Part shown: in pieces, positions 1-13,727 of the stretch
Layout of the letters: the number at the start of each line of letters is the position of its first letter
How positions within the stretch are numbered: the stretch's first letter is position 1
From: Microbotryum violaceum
Taxonomy: Eukaryota
Length of the DNA: 64,000 nt
Direction: 5' to 3'
Assembly: GCA_001244265.2 (NCBI GenBank)
Contig: CDLV01000017.1
Coordinates: 434,001 to 498,000 of the forward strand
Program-made: the position numbers and the translations under genes
Notes under the pieces: model-generated
Told to the model about the DNA's origin: nothing
The model's input: the letters and a program-made list of their open reading frames with translations, nothing else
Database searches by the model: none

Positions 1-44
1 CGCCGACAAACCTTTCCACTACCCGCCTCGCCTTTCTTTAAACC

Positions 45-1681
45 ATGTCCACCAAGGTTGAAGACAACTCCACCACCAGCAACGCCTCTGCGTCTGCTGC
101 CCCTGCTGCGGCGACGGCGACCTCGGCCCCTGACGAGACGCCCAACGTCGGCGCGCTCTCGCTCGAGGACGACGCCAACAACGACGCCAACAATGCCAAC
201 AACGCCGATGAGGGTCTCACCCTTCGTGCGCTCGTTAGCTCCAAGGAAGCTGGTGAGTTGCAGCGCTTGATTCTCTCTCTGTAGTGGCTCGTGGTCACTC
301 TTCTGTTTCTGTCGATCACGACGCAACGAGTTCGCCGGCGGGCGCTTCGCACACGGCGCAAAGCACGTGCATCTCCGACGTCTGAGCGCATAAAAATGCA
401 CTTGTGATGCAACGGCAACTGTCATTACCATCTCATACAACCAAGATGTCTTTTCCACCTCATTCTATCATCTGATGCTGACCATTGCTTCTCCTCCTGA
501 ACTCCTCCGCTTCACCACGTCTCGTCTTTCACCACTTCCCACCACTCGCAACACCTACCTTCCTGCCACTACCAGGTGTCATCATCGGCCGAGGGGGTGC
601 TACGATCGCTACGATCCGCCAAGATTCGAACGTGAAGGCCGGCGTGTCCAAGGTCGTGCCTGGCATCGTCGACCGCGTGCTCTCCGTCGGGGGTTCCGTC
701 GATGGCGTAGCCAAGGCAAGCCTTGCTTTGCGCACTCAATGGGTCTTGATGGACTCAGCTGATCCGGTTTGACCCTGCCCTCTTTTGAAACAGGCCTACT
801 CTCTCGTTGCGCAAACGATCCTCGAGAACCCCGTCCCCGCGCCCGGTGCCGCCGATGCCCCGACGGCCCCCACCTCGACGACGACGACCGTGCGCTTGCT
901 CATCTCGCACTTGCTCATCGGCTCCGTCATCGGCAAGGGCGGAGCCAAGATCCGTCAGATTCAGGACGTATCCGGCGCGCGCATGGTCGCGAGCAAGGAG
1001 ATGCTCCCGCAGTCGACCGAGCGCGTCGTCGAAGTCTCGGGTGCGCCCGAGGCGATCCGTCTCGCCGTCAGTGAGATCACCAAGTGCCTCATCGAGGACT
1101 GGGATCGCTCGCAAGGCACGGTCCTGTATCACCCTGGGTCGGAGGGTATCGGCCACGGCGGTGCGATTGGCAACGGCTTCTCCGCCGGCGCATCCTTGTT
1201 CGCCGTCGGCGGTAACCGTCGCGCCTCGAGTGGCAACCATGCCGGTGGCTACAACGGTGGCAACCAACGTCGCGTCTCGAACGGGATTGAAGGTGGTGTC
1301 CTCGGCAATGCCGGTGGCGCTCCTTCCCCTCAAGCCCGTCGTGTCTCTGGTAACGGAGCCGGTGGTGCGACGCCCTCCGCTCCTTCCGCGAACGAATCCG
1401 ACCCCAACTTCCGCGAACAAAAAATTTCGATCCCGAGTGACATGGTCGGCTGCATCATCGGCCGCGGCGGAACCAAGATTAACGAGATTCGTCGTTTGAG
1501 CGGCTCCAAGATCTCGATCGCCAAGACGGCGCATGACGATACGGGCGAGAGGATGTTCATCATCTCGGGCTTGCCGGAGCATAACGAGAAGGCATTGTTC
1601 TTACTCTATAACCAGTTGGAGAATGAGAAGAACCGAAGGCTCAGTGCGCAAGAGCAGGGCGAGGGAGCGCAGGAAGCCTAG
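45..1681 (+). CDS. Triple KH-domain RNA-binding protein (Rnc1/Hek2/Pbp2/PCBP family); exons 45-252, 576-715, 794-1681
   Basis: Three KH GxxG motifs (VIIGRGG, VIGKGG, CIIGRGG). GTGAGT...CAG intron 253-575 and GCAAGC...CAG intron 716-793 join the frames into one ORF. Confidence 0.92.
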
Positions 1682-2090
1682 AGGTCGGATACACCTCTTT
1701 CCTCGCCTATCGATGGGATTGCGATTCGAGCGTGACCCCTTGACTGGACGTTTCATGCTTGGATCAAAACCTCGCCGATCGGGAGCTTTCTTCCTTCAAT
1801 CCAATCTCACCAAAATCAGATCTCATGATCGATTTCAAAACATCTACCCCTCGCCAATCCCCGCCTCCCCTCCCCTCCATACTTCGCACCCAAAAGAACC
1901 TCAAATCTCTCGATATTCTACCACACTCCTCTTATCCCGTCCTCAAGATCTACAGTCCAAAGCACGCACCATCTACCCAATCATTTCCTCGACATTTGAC
2001 CATTCCACCTCGACAAGCTTCTATTCATAGCCTCTTTCCGCGCAGGTTCTTTTTGCTGATGAGAGAGAATCGGGTGTACGTGGGTTTCTT

Positions 2091-2125
2091 TGTGTGTGTA
2101 TGCGTGTGCGTGTGCGTGTCTGTGC
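2091..2125. repeat. Imperfect (TG)n/(TGCGTG)n microsatellite downstream of the KH gene
   Basis: tgtgtgtgtatgcgtgtgcgtgtgcgtgtctgtgc. Confidence 0.7.
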
Positions 2126-2551
2126 ATTCCTGTAATCGTAAACTATACAAAAAACCCAGAATCTTGGTTGCAGCGAGAGAGAGACTGCGTTTGGATAGGC
2201 ACCGGATTTTGGAGGTCAGATCGTGGGAGCGAGCAACTTGATACGCCACCTCGCCTGGGTTGACTTGACCCAACTCATGGAAAATGTTCATGAGGGAACC
2301 CCCTTTGTTCGTGTACGGGCCCCAGGTTTAGAGCGAAGATCAAAGGGAACGAAAGTAGCGCGAGGTAAACGAGGAGGTAGGAGCGAGGGATGAAACAGGG
2401 GGGCGAAATGAAACCGCACGCGCCGAGAGCGAAGTGGCGCAAACCCCCCACGACGCGCATCGCGTTCTCCCGCTCCCCTCTCTTCCTTCACTCTGGTCCG
2501 TGCGCCTTGGCGAGGATCGACTGCGACTTGTTGCGTGTGCGAGAGGAGGTG

Positions 2552-5500
2552 ATGTCGTCGTCGTCGAGATGGGGGCGATCTTTGATCCACCAAGCCTACC
2601 ATCCTCAAAGTCATCAGGTGTCGTCGTCAGCGTTGGGTCGAGGGGGGCGCGACAGCGGTCAGAGCGCCAGCGCGTCGACGATCCCGTTCGTGCGAGCGAT
2701 CCATACCAGCTCGACTTCGGCTGCAGTGGAAGGTGTGCTACCGAAACGAAATGGGGAGAGGAACGGTCCTCCTCCTATCGCACCACTACCAACTCCACCA
2801 CCGCGAACGTCTTCATTCTCAAAGCTCAAGGCGCGAACGATCCCGACGCGATCTCAATCCCATGTCAAAGACGTCTCCCACATCGGAGGGGCACATGCGG
2901 ACGACCCCGTTGGAGAAATGTACTACGAGATGGACGTTTCGGACGCGGTCGACGAAATCCCTTATGACGACTTGGTTTCGGCTTTGTATGCGACGAGGAA
3001 GACTCCTCTCGCCGATGAGCAGGATCTGGGTGAGGAAGGCGTCCAGGGGATTGAGGGGCTCTTTAAGGATGTCGAAGGCGATTCAAGAAAACGTGTGGAG
3101 GAGAGTTTGGATTGGCAGGTGCTTTTGGATGAGTTGGCTACGAGGGATCATAGGGAAGGGAGTAAAGTCGGGACGACGAAGGCAAAGGCGCGAGAGATCG
3201 AGGAACCGAAGATTGTTTCTGGACCGAAGCCTACAACTACGACTACGATTACCTCATCGAGTATGGAAATCAAGCCATCAAAATTTTCGACAAGTCAAAT
3301 ACCTGTACCTGTATCGACACCGATACCTGCATCAACCCGAGCGCCAATGGTCAAAGCCATCCCTGCGATCATCACACCCACGAAGAGGCTCCCGCCTCTC
3401 GGCAAAGCACGAGACCTTAACCCTTCACCACGACCCATCGGCATCCTACCCTACACACCTCCATCCAATGTTTCCCCCACCGATCCTTCTTCCCGCCCCC
3501 TCCTCTCGCGCTACGACTGGCGTCTCTCCTCCCCACTCCCCCGACCATCTCCCTCCCTCATCCCCCCACCTCTCGACATCCCCACCAGCAATCTTCAACA
3601 GGGGGCAAACAAGTTGGTCGGTGTGGGACAGGCACCTTATTTCAGTGGGAGGAGGATCAAGGATGTAGAAGGGTGGGGGTGGAAGGGGAGAGTGCCCCAG
3701 GGGGAAAAGGGGACTTGGAGGGCCGCGGACCGGCATCGGATAAAGTGAGCTCGGTTGGGTTTCGCTTTCGAATTCGGTTGGTTCGTTCCGGTGACTGAGA
3801 ATCCTTTCTCTTATACACCAACAGACTCGATCGCCTACTAGACCTAACGGAAGAGGCGGAGGAGAAATCCTACCTTGCAACTTTAGCTCGATCTGGCACG
3901 CCCGAACAACGCGAAACCTCGGGGCGAACCGTTTGTCGCGCCCAGGGGATGTGGTTGACCAAGTCGAAGAGGACCGATGAGATTCTCAAGATGACGAGGG
4001 AGGAGAAGGATGAGGTGAGGAGAAAGTCGGCGGGCGGGGGAGGGGTTATTTCGACTTGGAGGAATTGTGAGGGTGGGGATTTGGATGAGGCCAATGGGTA
4101 TAAATTCGTGTGAGTGCGCGCTCGAACGCCGCTGATGAGGCTTGGTGCTGAATGAATGTTCTCCCCGCATCAGACCGGGTACGATCCTCCGCTTCACACC
4201 GCTCAAGCCCGAGGACGTCGGCTCTGGACCGGTACCTCCACCGAGTCATGCGTCGAAACATCCTCAGGGGTCGGTGTTGGAGGTTCAAAATGGGCGACTG
4301 ATCGTCATTTTTGAGGAGGCGGATATGTGGGTCCTGGGACAGGAGGAGTATCGGTAAGTTGATGGCGTGCATTGGATCGAAGTTTAGAGTAGTATCGCTG
4401 ATCGAGGTGAATAATGCGTTCTCAGAATCGACATCGGCGTCGACGATGCCTCGTACCACCTCCAACGCGCCGCCATTGACAGTCTCTACTTTGACTCGGC
4501 GCGTCAACGACTCCGCAACGAGCGCACATGGCAAGCTGCGCACATGGCGTTCGCAAAGACCAAACTTTGTCCAACGGTTCGGGAGTGGACCTTGCAAGGT
4601 ACTGATGTGAGGGAGTTGATCGTGCCGACCGAAGCGACGCCCGCGGTAGAGGTCGTACAGAATTCGGCTGACTTCCCATTCGACGAGCTGATCGACGGGC
4701 CGGGCGAGTCGGTCACTGCTTCCATGACCCAAGTCGAAGAGACGACACCGACGCCCGCATCAAACCCTTCCCCCTTGCTGTGCGACAATCAACTTATCAA
4801 CTCATGGGTCAAGCGCCACCAACGTTGCCCACCCTTAGCAATGGAAGGGGACCCGATTCTCCGCCTGAACGATTCCCAAACCCGTGCCGTCGCAATGGCC
4901 ATGTCCGAATCGCTCTCCCTCATCCAAGGTCCCCCAGGGACAGGTAAATCCGCCACCTTGGTGACGTTGGTCCATCTCCTTAAAACGCATTTCCGGATCC
5001 CCCAACCGATCCTCCTATGCGCACCAACGCACGTCTCGATTGATCATTTGTTATCCCTTCTCATCGACGCGGGGTTGAACCCATTGAGAATGGGGAAAGC
5101 GCATAAGGTTAGGGAGGAGTTGAGGGAGTGGACTGTGGAGAGGAGGAGGGAAGGTCATCCGCTTTGGGAGTTGTGTGAGGGTGCTAGAGTTGGGTGTGAG
5201 AGAATCAGGGAGGAGTTGGGTGGATTGAGGGAGACAGTCGGGGATGATAAGAAGGGGTTGGAAAGGATCAGTGAGTTAGGTTTAGGGTGCGAAATGGGGA
5301 GGAGAGGACTGATGTTTTGCGAGGTGCTGCGTTCATACATTGCAGTGGAGATGGAGGAGATCCTCAAGAACGAGTGGCGCAGGTTCGTCACTCTAGAACA
5401 GAGATTGTATTCAAGCCTGCTCGCGACCGCGGATGTGTTTTGTTCGACCACGATCGGAGCGGGCGCGACGAAGATTATGAGCGTAAGTCCGGCTGTGCAC

Positions 5501-6729
5501 CGACGAGACGAACCAGTATGTATGCTTATTCTTGTTCACCTTGGAGTAGATGACCGATTTTCCTATCGTCTTTCTGGACGAAGCAGCGATGTGCACCGAG
5601 GTGAGTGATCGGACGGGAGGAATGAGTTGCGCGCAGCCAGCGAGCTTATTCGAATCTAGACTTGACTCTCAGCCCGTGAGCTTGATCCCTCTGATGAAGG
5701 GGGCCCAACACGTCTGCCTTATTGGCGATCAGAAACAGTTGCCGGCTGTGGTCAAGGTGAGTGCGAGGGGCTCGTCAGCTCACCGAGCTATTGCTAGAAG
5801 CTGACCGAGTCTTGAAAAGCACTCTCAGTCTCGCGAAGCCGTTCAGAATCGATTGCACGTCAGCTTGTTCGAGAGGCTCATGGCTGAGAAAGGTGGCTTA
5901 CATTCCGTCAGGGGTCAGCCTCGTTTGATAATTCGACGGAAGCTGATCAGTGTTCGTGACGTGACCTCCAGCCGTGCAAACGACCCTACTCGACACGCAA
6001 TACCGCATGCGACCTCAAATCTCGGCCTTTCCCAACCAAGCGTTCTACAATTCGGCACTCAAGGACGCTCCGAACGTATTGAGACGATCCTCACCGCCCA
6101 AATCGACGTACCTCCAGATGAACGCCGAGACGGGCGAACCTGATCCCTGCGTGTTCATTTCGCACGAAGGCGCCGAGACGTTCTTTCGTCAATCGACGTT
6201 GAACGAGACCGAAGTGGACCTCATCGTCTCCATCGTCGGTGACCTCTTGACGCGGAATCCCGAGCTCGACGCTTCGACGATTGGGATCATTTCACCTTAC
6301 GCTTCCCAAACGAGGTTATTGAGCGATACCTTTTCCATCGGGGATCGCCGAGGGTTCAGTTCGCGCGTCATCGATCGATGGGGTTTCGACATCGCCCTTC
6401 GAGCGAGTCAAGTCGAAGTTAATACCGTCGATGGGTATCAAGGTCGAGAGAAATCTATCATCATCTTATCGACCGTTCGTTCGAACGCGGCGAACTTTAT
6501 TGGGTTTCTCTCGGATCGGAGGAGGTTGAACGTCGCGCTGACGAGGGCCAAGGATTTGTTGTTCGTGGCCGGGAATGAGAGAACGTTGGGGTTCGCGAGG
6601 AGCGGGTGGGGTGGGAGGGAGGAAGATGATGGGGACGGGGGAACGGGCGTTTGGAAGGCGTTTTTGGCGTGGTATAGAGCGAGAGGGTGGATAAAGCAAT
6701 GGGGTGCCAGCGGTGGGAAGGGGCAGTGA
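2552..6729 (+). CDS. DNA2/NAM7 (Upf1-like SF1) helicase, multi-exon, with a long low-complexity N-terminus
   Basis: Motifs LIQGPPGTGKS, CAPTHVSID, LDEAAM, GDQKQLP, SLFERL, LDTQYRM, GIISPY, VNTVDGYQGREK and RRLNVALTRAK occur across successive ORFs separated by GT-AG introns. The start codon and several exon borders are approximate. Confidence 0.88.
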
Positions 6730-7860
6730 GGGGGTTGGGTAAATTGTTTTTCGCATGTCACGTTTTCGTACCCCTTCATCTCCCTCTTCCTCACTCTAGG
6801 ATGTTCGGGGGGTCGTTGTGTTATCCTTTTCATGTGGTCTCTTGTATTTACCCATGCGAGAAGGGGGGTTGGATTGGTCGTATTTCGTAAATCGTAGAGA
6901 CGACGCGGCTCGCGCTGAAGCGCTGATAGGGCCCTCTTTGTTGCCGCTTCCCGTCGTGCTATCTCCGCGCTCTCGGCTTTCAGCTCCAACTGCGCGATTC
7001 GGGTCTTGTCGCCGGCTTCCTGCGTGGAGGTTTTGAGGTCATAGAGCCTGTGCATCTCTCCCCGAAGCGACGTACTTCTGTTGCTTCCAGCTCGAGCTTC
7101 ATAAGTCGATCGCCACCAGCAGCGATCATCTGGCGTTCAACGCGTTGCACGGTACCTCATAACTGCTCGAAGCCACCAGCTCAGGACCACGATTAGCTCC
7201 TTCCGCGGACGTGCTGTTGAAGGTGAGAAGAAACCCTCGCTGGGTGTCACAGATGGCTACCAATAGCTTCCGACGCGTGCGACGACGAACCACCAACGAC
7301 GAAGCGAGCCAGTCGACGCTCAGAGGAGTCCGAGGTCGCGATCAACAACATCGACCATATCATGGCACGCGAGGAGGCATGTAGATTGGATTCGGATGCG
7401 CACCATTTTGGAATCACTGTCACCGCCTACGATAGCTCGCCCCCTCCGTTCTAACAAGGTCCGATTGCGAACGCGCTCAGCTCGGGCACTATATCATGAG
7501 GAACAGGCCTCTATGAAGATGCGCGAAAGGGAGGGAAGCATTGCAGTGTCAGCACAATCATCTCGGAGTTGCTGCTGTGTTGCGGTCGAACGTCGAGCGC
7601 GGTGATGGGCTTCTCGAGCGGCAAGCTGTTCGCGTGCCCCCAGCTGCGACGACGACGACGACGACGACGGATCGTGACGACGCGCTACGGATTGGCATCC
7701 GCTCTCTTCAGGGCATCAAGGCTTGCCTGCTGACATCGCCTTCGCACTGTTTTCAATCCAATCGTGATTCTATCCGCAGGTTTATACGAGACAGGTCCCA
7801 TCGCTTGCCCCCTCTTCATCAACTCTCGGACCGCTTCCCTACTCCACCGCCTCGGTCGTC

Positions 7861-10361
7861 ATGGATTCTCAGGAAGTCCGAGTCAGTCAAGATGGGTAGC
7901 ATGTGCTTGGCTCAGTATATTCCGCGTACGCTGACACAAGCTGAAGAATATCACCCAGGACGTCATTCAAGATCTTCGGTCTCTGACCGTCGACAACCTC
8001 AAACGAGTCATCAGGCTTTTCAACGACAAAGGCCTTTCGATTCATGGCCATCTTAGGCTAAGCGGCACCAAGGCCGATTTGGTACGCTACACCATCGCAT
8101 TAATGGGCGGTGATGATCGTTTCCTGACTTATGTCGGTGAACTTTCAATAACTACCACAGTTCTCGAGGCTCAGCCATGTCGTTCGGACCATCTATACAA
8201 CCCAACGGGCCTCGTTCCCTTCGCTCGTCAACATCGTCTCCGACGTGTTACGGTCAGTCCCATTCCCCACCTCCGGACCGAGCTGCCCAAGGTAAGATCG
8301 CTGATAATGTTTTGCCGACGTGGTACTCGCAGGAATATCGGCTCTAGCCCAGCGAGTGCACGATACGCCGGGTACAACAGTCAATATGGCGCCGCGCCCG
8401 CGTACCGACCACCCGCTGCTCAGGACTATAGCGCCTCCACCTCGAATGGAGCTTCGCACCAGAACCAGGCACTGGCTTACAACCGACCGGATTCATACCA
8501 CCTAAATGGCGTCCCTCGACCCGGGTACGCCGCCGCCAACCTCCACGGCCACGTCGCGGCGCAGGCGAGCACGTCGAACCCCGTCGTCGAGTTGATCAAG
8601 TTCCGCCCGAGTCCGTTTTACCGCATCGACAAGGCCTTGAGTCCTGTCACCCACATGCCTCGTGCGGGCCAGGGCGACCGCAAGAGTGTTGTCATCAATT
8701 TCGTCATTCCCGAACCGCAGAGGGCCTTGATCTTGGCTTCCAAGTGAGTCTGGTCAGGTCGTCGTGTACGCTCGAGCGGGTTTTAATTGGGTTCTTGTTA
8801 CGAGTGCAGGGCAGCGAATGCCAAGCCTTACCAAGTCCGACTGTATTGCACCACCGAGGACCATTACAATCCCTCACGATCGACGAACCTGCAGCTGGCC
8901 GCGCCGATAGAGTTCCCCGGCGTATGCGAGATCAAGCTGAACCACACCAACATTGTCGCCAACACCAAGGGAATCAAGAAGCAAGCCGGGACCGCACCAC
9001 CCGTCGACCTCATGAAAGGCGGAGCGTTGTCATACCAGAGTGCGGGGGGCGTCAATCGACTGGAGATCGTCTACATCAATACCGACAAGCGGCATTCGGT
9101 TGTCGTCAACCTCGTCGAGGTCACCTCGATCGAAGATCTCGTCACGCGCGTGCGTGGCGGCACTTCGAGGTCCAAGGAAGACGTCGTCAAAAAGATCGTT
9201 GAGATGAACTCTGACCCCGATGTCGAAGCGAGCTCGTTCGGATTGTCCCTCAAGGACCCCTTGACGATGGCGCGGATATCGCTCCCGATTCGCTCATCGG
9301 TGTGCAACCACATTGCGTGCTTTGACGCCAAGGTGTTTTTCATGATCAATGAACAAACGCCGTCGTGGACGTGCCCGATTTGTAGCAAGGAACTCCGCGT
9401 CGAGGACCTCTTTGTGGATGGGTACCTACAGGACGTATTGAGGGGTTGTTCGTCCGACGTCGATCAAGTCTCCGTCGAACCGGATGGGTCATGGCATCTC
9501 ATTGAGACGGAGGAGCATTCGACGAGGCAGTCGAGGGCCGGGCCGGTACGCGCCAAGGCTGATCCCGATGGTCCGAATGGGAACGATGCGAAGGGGAAGG
9601 GAAGGGCTGATACTTCGTCATTGAGTATGACTTTGGAAGATTCAAGTGATGATGAAGGCGGAGGAGGAAGAGGGGGAGCGAGGAAGGCCGCTCCAATGAA
9701 TGGGGCCATGAACGGCAAAGCCTCGGGCTCGGGCTCGGGGACGGGGACAAGTACACCACGGGGCGGCAAGCGGATGGAGGCGATTGATCTCACCTTGTCG
9801 AGCGACGGCGAGGATGCACCCGCCGCACCACCTTCAAGAGCGCCTCCACCACCAACAACCGTCACGAATGGTCTTCCCGCCTCTCGAGCTCCTCTGTCGT
9901 TGCCTATCCGGCCTGGCTCTGCGACACCAGCTTATTCGGTTCCTCCTCCTCGACCGCCATCTTCAAACTCTTCTTCGGGTGGGGCGAACGGGTCCAGCAG
10001 TATTGGTCATCAGCACCCGCATCACGGCACCGCTCGTCCGCCGTTCGGTGGTCCGTCCTCTTCGTTTGATCGTTCAACAGCCCCCACACCCTCCTCAAGA
10101 CTCATCAACCCCTTACCCCATTCCTCCTCTTCCAACTCAAACCCCTTGAAATCGACATCCACCTCGCACGTACCCAACTTCTCCACATCCGCTCAAAGCG
10201 TCCTTTCGAGACCTATGCCATGGGACGTCGAAAGGGAACGGGAGAGAGAGAGGCAGAGGAAGAGGGATGCGGCGGCTGAAGTGGCGTTGGAGGTGGCGAG
10301 GAAAAGGTTGAGGTACGAGGAGCATCGCTATGAGGATGATTATGCGGATGAATTCGATTAG
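7861..10361 (+). CDS. SIZ1: Siz/PIAS-family SUMO E3 ligase (SAP-like, PINIT, SP-RING), multi-exon
   Basis: SAP-like exon 7959-8081 (LTVDNLKRVI...LSGTKADL), FRPSPFY, PINIT-like GTAPPVDL, SP-RING SLKDPLT..RI..P.RS..C.HIACFD...WTCPIC, and SIM-like AIDLTLSSD. The first exon is approximate. Confidence 0.9.
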
Positions 10362-11260
10362 TAGGGGATAGGGTTGGGGGAAGGGGACCTCGTGTGTGGG
10401 GGGCGCGCTGTGGTTGGTTTGAGGAAGGTTTGCGTAGGAGCCGTCCGCAGTTCGGAAGGAAAGATGCCATCGGGTCCCATTGGGACGGCGTCTGTTGTTG
10501 TGCATCCCATTTAACTTGCATTTTATTCGGGATCTTTGCGGAAATGCGGTTTCCTGCTTTCCCGTCCTAATACATAACTCTCCCGGATCATGAATGTCTT
10601 TTGATGCCGAGTGGCGGGGGTGGAATCTGGTGGAACTCACAGGGAAACACGTATTGTTGAGATTCACGAACTTGCGAGTTGGTCGCACGCACACGTAACT
10701 AAAAAAGAACTGGAAAGGGCAGTGTTGTACCCGGATTGACGTCAAAGCGATGGAAAAGGCCGGGGTACCCAAACTCCCTCTACTGGATGAGAATCCACGG
10801 GTGCACTCGGAACAAATCTCCGCGCGTCCCGTCGCATGGCGTCGTCGCCGCCCAGGCTCGCAGGCCGATTTTCGCGAACGCGCGCCGTCGCCCATCGCCT
10901 CGCAGCCGATCGCGCAGGCTCTTCTCTCTCTTTCCCTCCACCTCTTCGTCCCACCCCCCCTCCATAGTGAGTAGGATCGAGTTGATTCATAACTCTGGAT
11001 CGTCGGTGGGCCCTCGACGGTGTTGCTTTGTGCATGCATTACTTCTTCGGAGGGTCCGACGTTGTCCGCTTCGTCGCACAAAAACCGATCCGGCCTGGGG
11101 CTGCCCGGCTCTGGGCGAAGTTGCGACAGACCGCCCAGCCGGCTGTCGTGGCATCGTGTTCGTTTGAGCGCTATCGCAACCCGCGCTAACCACGTCGCCT
11201 CGCTCCCCCTTTCCTTTCCCTTCGCTCCATCGCCTCATTCCCTGATCCAGATATACTAAA

Positions 11261-13195
11261 ATGTCTGCCGGCAAGAAGTCCAAGACTCCGTAAGTTTCCG
11301 CCATCCTTTTTCCTCTTTCGCATTTGGCATACACCCCACCCCGTGTGCTGTATGCGGGCGGCGTTCTTTATCGTTCGGTTGCCCTTCGATGCGATGTTCC
11401 GCATGCCTCCGTTGCGGCTGGATCCCGGCCAACCCCAACTTTTCCTAGACGCCGATCGTCCTTGCCTTGTTGTTGTATGATGCACGTACTGACTTGTCTT
11501 CCATTATCTTGGACTCGATTCTTACAGTCAGGAGTTCTTCCAAGATTTCATGATGGGGTGAGTGACCATTCTCGTTCTGGGCCTGCCGCCACCAGCAAGT
11601 GACCCTCAGCCGGGGACACCCTCGAGGCGCCGCTCTAACTGCGTACTCGAGTAGTTTTGCGTGCGAGGAGACGACTTGCGCAGCCTCCATCGTTGCGGAA
11701 GTAGTCATTGCATCATAGAACCCCCGGGGCTCGCTGGTGGTGGACGAAGTGTCTTACTAGTACCACGAATCTGACTTTGCCCTTGGTTGTTACTCTTGCA
11801 GTGGTGTCTCGTACGTTTTTCCCCCGATCCGCGTCGCGCGATGAGCATGATGCGGAGCCGATGCCGCATTCACGCCTCCGCCGGCCCCGCCCGCCTTGCG
11901 GCGTATTGCAATCGTCCAGCCGCGTTCTCATCATTTGTGTGCTTGGACATTTACAGGGCCGCTGTCGCCAAGACCGCCGCTGCCCCCATTGAGCGAATCA
12001 AGCGTGAGTTACTACTCGCAGTCAGCCGAAGGGTTTCCTGCACGGCCGGGAACCCTCGGTCTTGTCCGCACCGAACGAGCATGGACCGCTCGAGGAACAG
12101 AGCGCTGACATGGCAGTTGCGTCGTTGTCTTCCATAAATAAACAACAGTCTTGGTCCAGAACCAGGGTGAGATGCTCAAGTCGGGCCGCCTCGAGACCCC
12201 TTACAAGGGCATCGTCGACTGCGCCAAGCGCACCTACGCCGATGAGGGTCTCGTCTCTTGTGAGTCTCTCACTGCTTCTGTAGTGGCTGCGGACTTGTGC
12301 GACCCTTTTCCCAGATCTCTGAGAGGAGGGGCACGGCGTGCACCGGTCGTTGAGCTGTTGCTGATTGCCCTGTGCCTTCTTCATTTCGACAGTCTGGCGA
12401 GGAAACACCGCCAACGTCATCCGTTACTTCCCTACCCAAGCCCTCAACTTGTGCGTTCTTCCTCATGGACTTTCCACGCGTGCTCACGGGCCAGTGAACT
12501 GATTACTTTTCCTATTGAATGCTACCCACAGCGCCTTTAAGGACTACTACAAGTCCTTGTTCTCGTACGACCGAAAGAGGAACGGTTACTCCATGTGGAT
12601 GTTTGGTAACCTCGCCTCCGGTGCAGCCGCTGGTGCCACCTCGCTCTTGTTCGTCTACTCGCTCGACTACGCCCGAACGCGTCTCGCCGCCGACAACAAG
12701 TCGTCCAAGAAGGGCAGCACCGGCGAGCGCCAGTTCAACGGTCTCCTGGATGTTTACAAGAAGACGCTCGCTTCCGACGGTATCGCGGGCCTCTACCGTG
12801 GTTTCCTCCCCTCCGTCGCCGGTATCGTCGTGTACCGCGGTCTCTACTTCGGCATGTACGACTCGCTCAAGCCCGTCGTGCTCACTGGTAACCTCAAGGG
12901 CTCTTTCGTCGCTTCTTTCATGCTCGGTTGGTGTGTCACCACCTTTTCCGGTATACTTTCGTACCCTCTCGATACGATCCGTCGTCGCATGATGATGACC
13001 TCCGGCGAGAAGGTCCACTACAAGAACATGGTCGACGCCGGTGCGCAAATCATCAAGGCCGAGGGTGTCGCTTCACTCTTCAAGGGTGCCGGAGCCAATA
13101 TTCTCCGTGGTGTTGCCGGTGCCGGTGTCTTGTCCATGTACGACAAGCTCCAAGAGCTCCTCTTCGGCGAGGTGAAGTTCGCCGGAACCGGCTAA
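11261..13195 (+). CDS. AAC: Mitochondrial ADP/ATP carrier; exons 11261-11289, 11528-11557, 11802-11810, 11957-12003, 12149-12259, 12393-12450, 12532-13195
   Basis: The spliced product reads [42 protein letters not shown]...[23 protein letters not shown]...RRRMMM (the ANT signature). All introns are GT-AG. Confidence 0.97.
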
Positions 13196-13579
13196 ACGTC
13201 TTTCGAGTCGTAGTAGTACTAGTGTTTGGTTGCAAAACATCTTCGATAAGCCATGTCTTGTTCTTTTCCCCTCGTGTAACGTCTGCTATCGCAACTGAAA
13301 GAGAGCTTCACTGAGAACATACGCATCGAATGGAGACCCCGTTGGTCGAACGAAGAACCAACACCAATTGCAGATAAGGGTTTGGGCTTGCACCCAGACA
13401 TGAGGGTACTTTCTGGCCTGAGATGAATAACTACCGAGTTGAGACGGTGTCGACTACGGTGATCGAGACTGTGTGGCAACCGTCTAGTTAGATGCCCTGC
13501 GAAGTTCTGGGACATCCCTGGAGATGCTTGGACATTCTAGGCACCTATGCGAGTCAAAATAAGCCTAACAAATATACTA

Positions 13580-13710
13580 CCCCGCGCGCGGCGAGTTAAG
13601 GGAGCTTTTTGGATATTTGGCCCAGGAAAACGTTGGTACGGGCTAGGTGCACCATTGCCCTGCCAAACCACAGCCCCCGGAGGCAAAAGTGGTCACTAAT
13701 TCGGGCACTT
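13580..13710 (+). repeat. Left terminal inverted repeat of the KDZ element
   Basis: ccccgcgcgcggcgagttaagggagcttttt...tttggccc...gttggtac...ggtgcac..tgccct aligns with the reverse complement of 26790-26929. Confidence 0.75.
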
Positions 13711-13727
13711 GCTACTTATCTCCGCTA

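Noticed and set aside
253-575. Possible C/D snoRNA in the long first intron of the KH gene
   Set aside because: The C box is imperfect (GTGATGC), and no terminal stem or rRNA-complementary guide was identified.
6750-7400. Minus-strand coiled-coil-like ORF (6438-7055)
   Set aside because: It runs into the antisense of the helicase, upstream frames are broken, and no family could be recognised.
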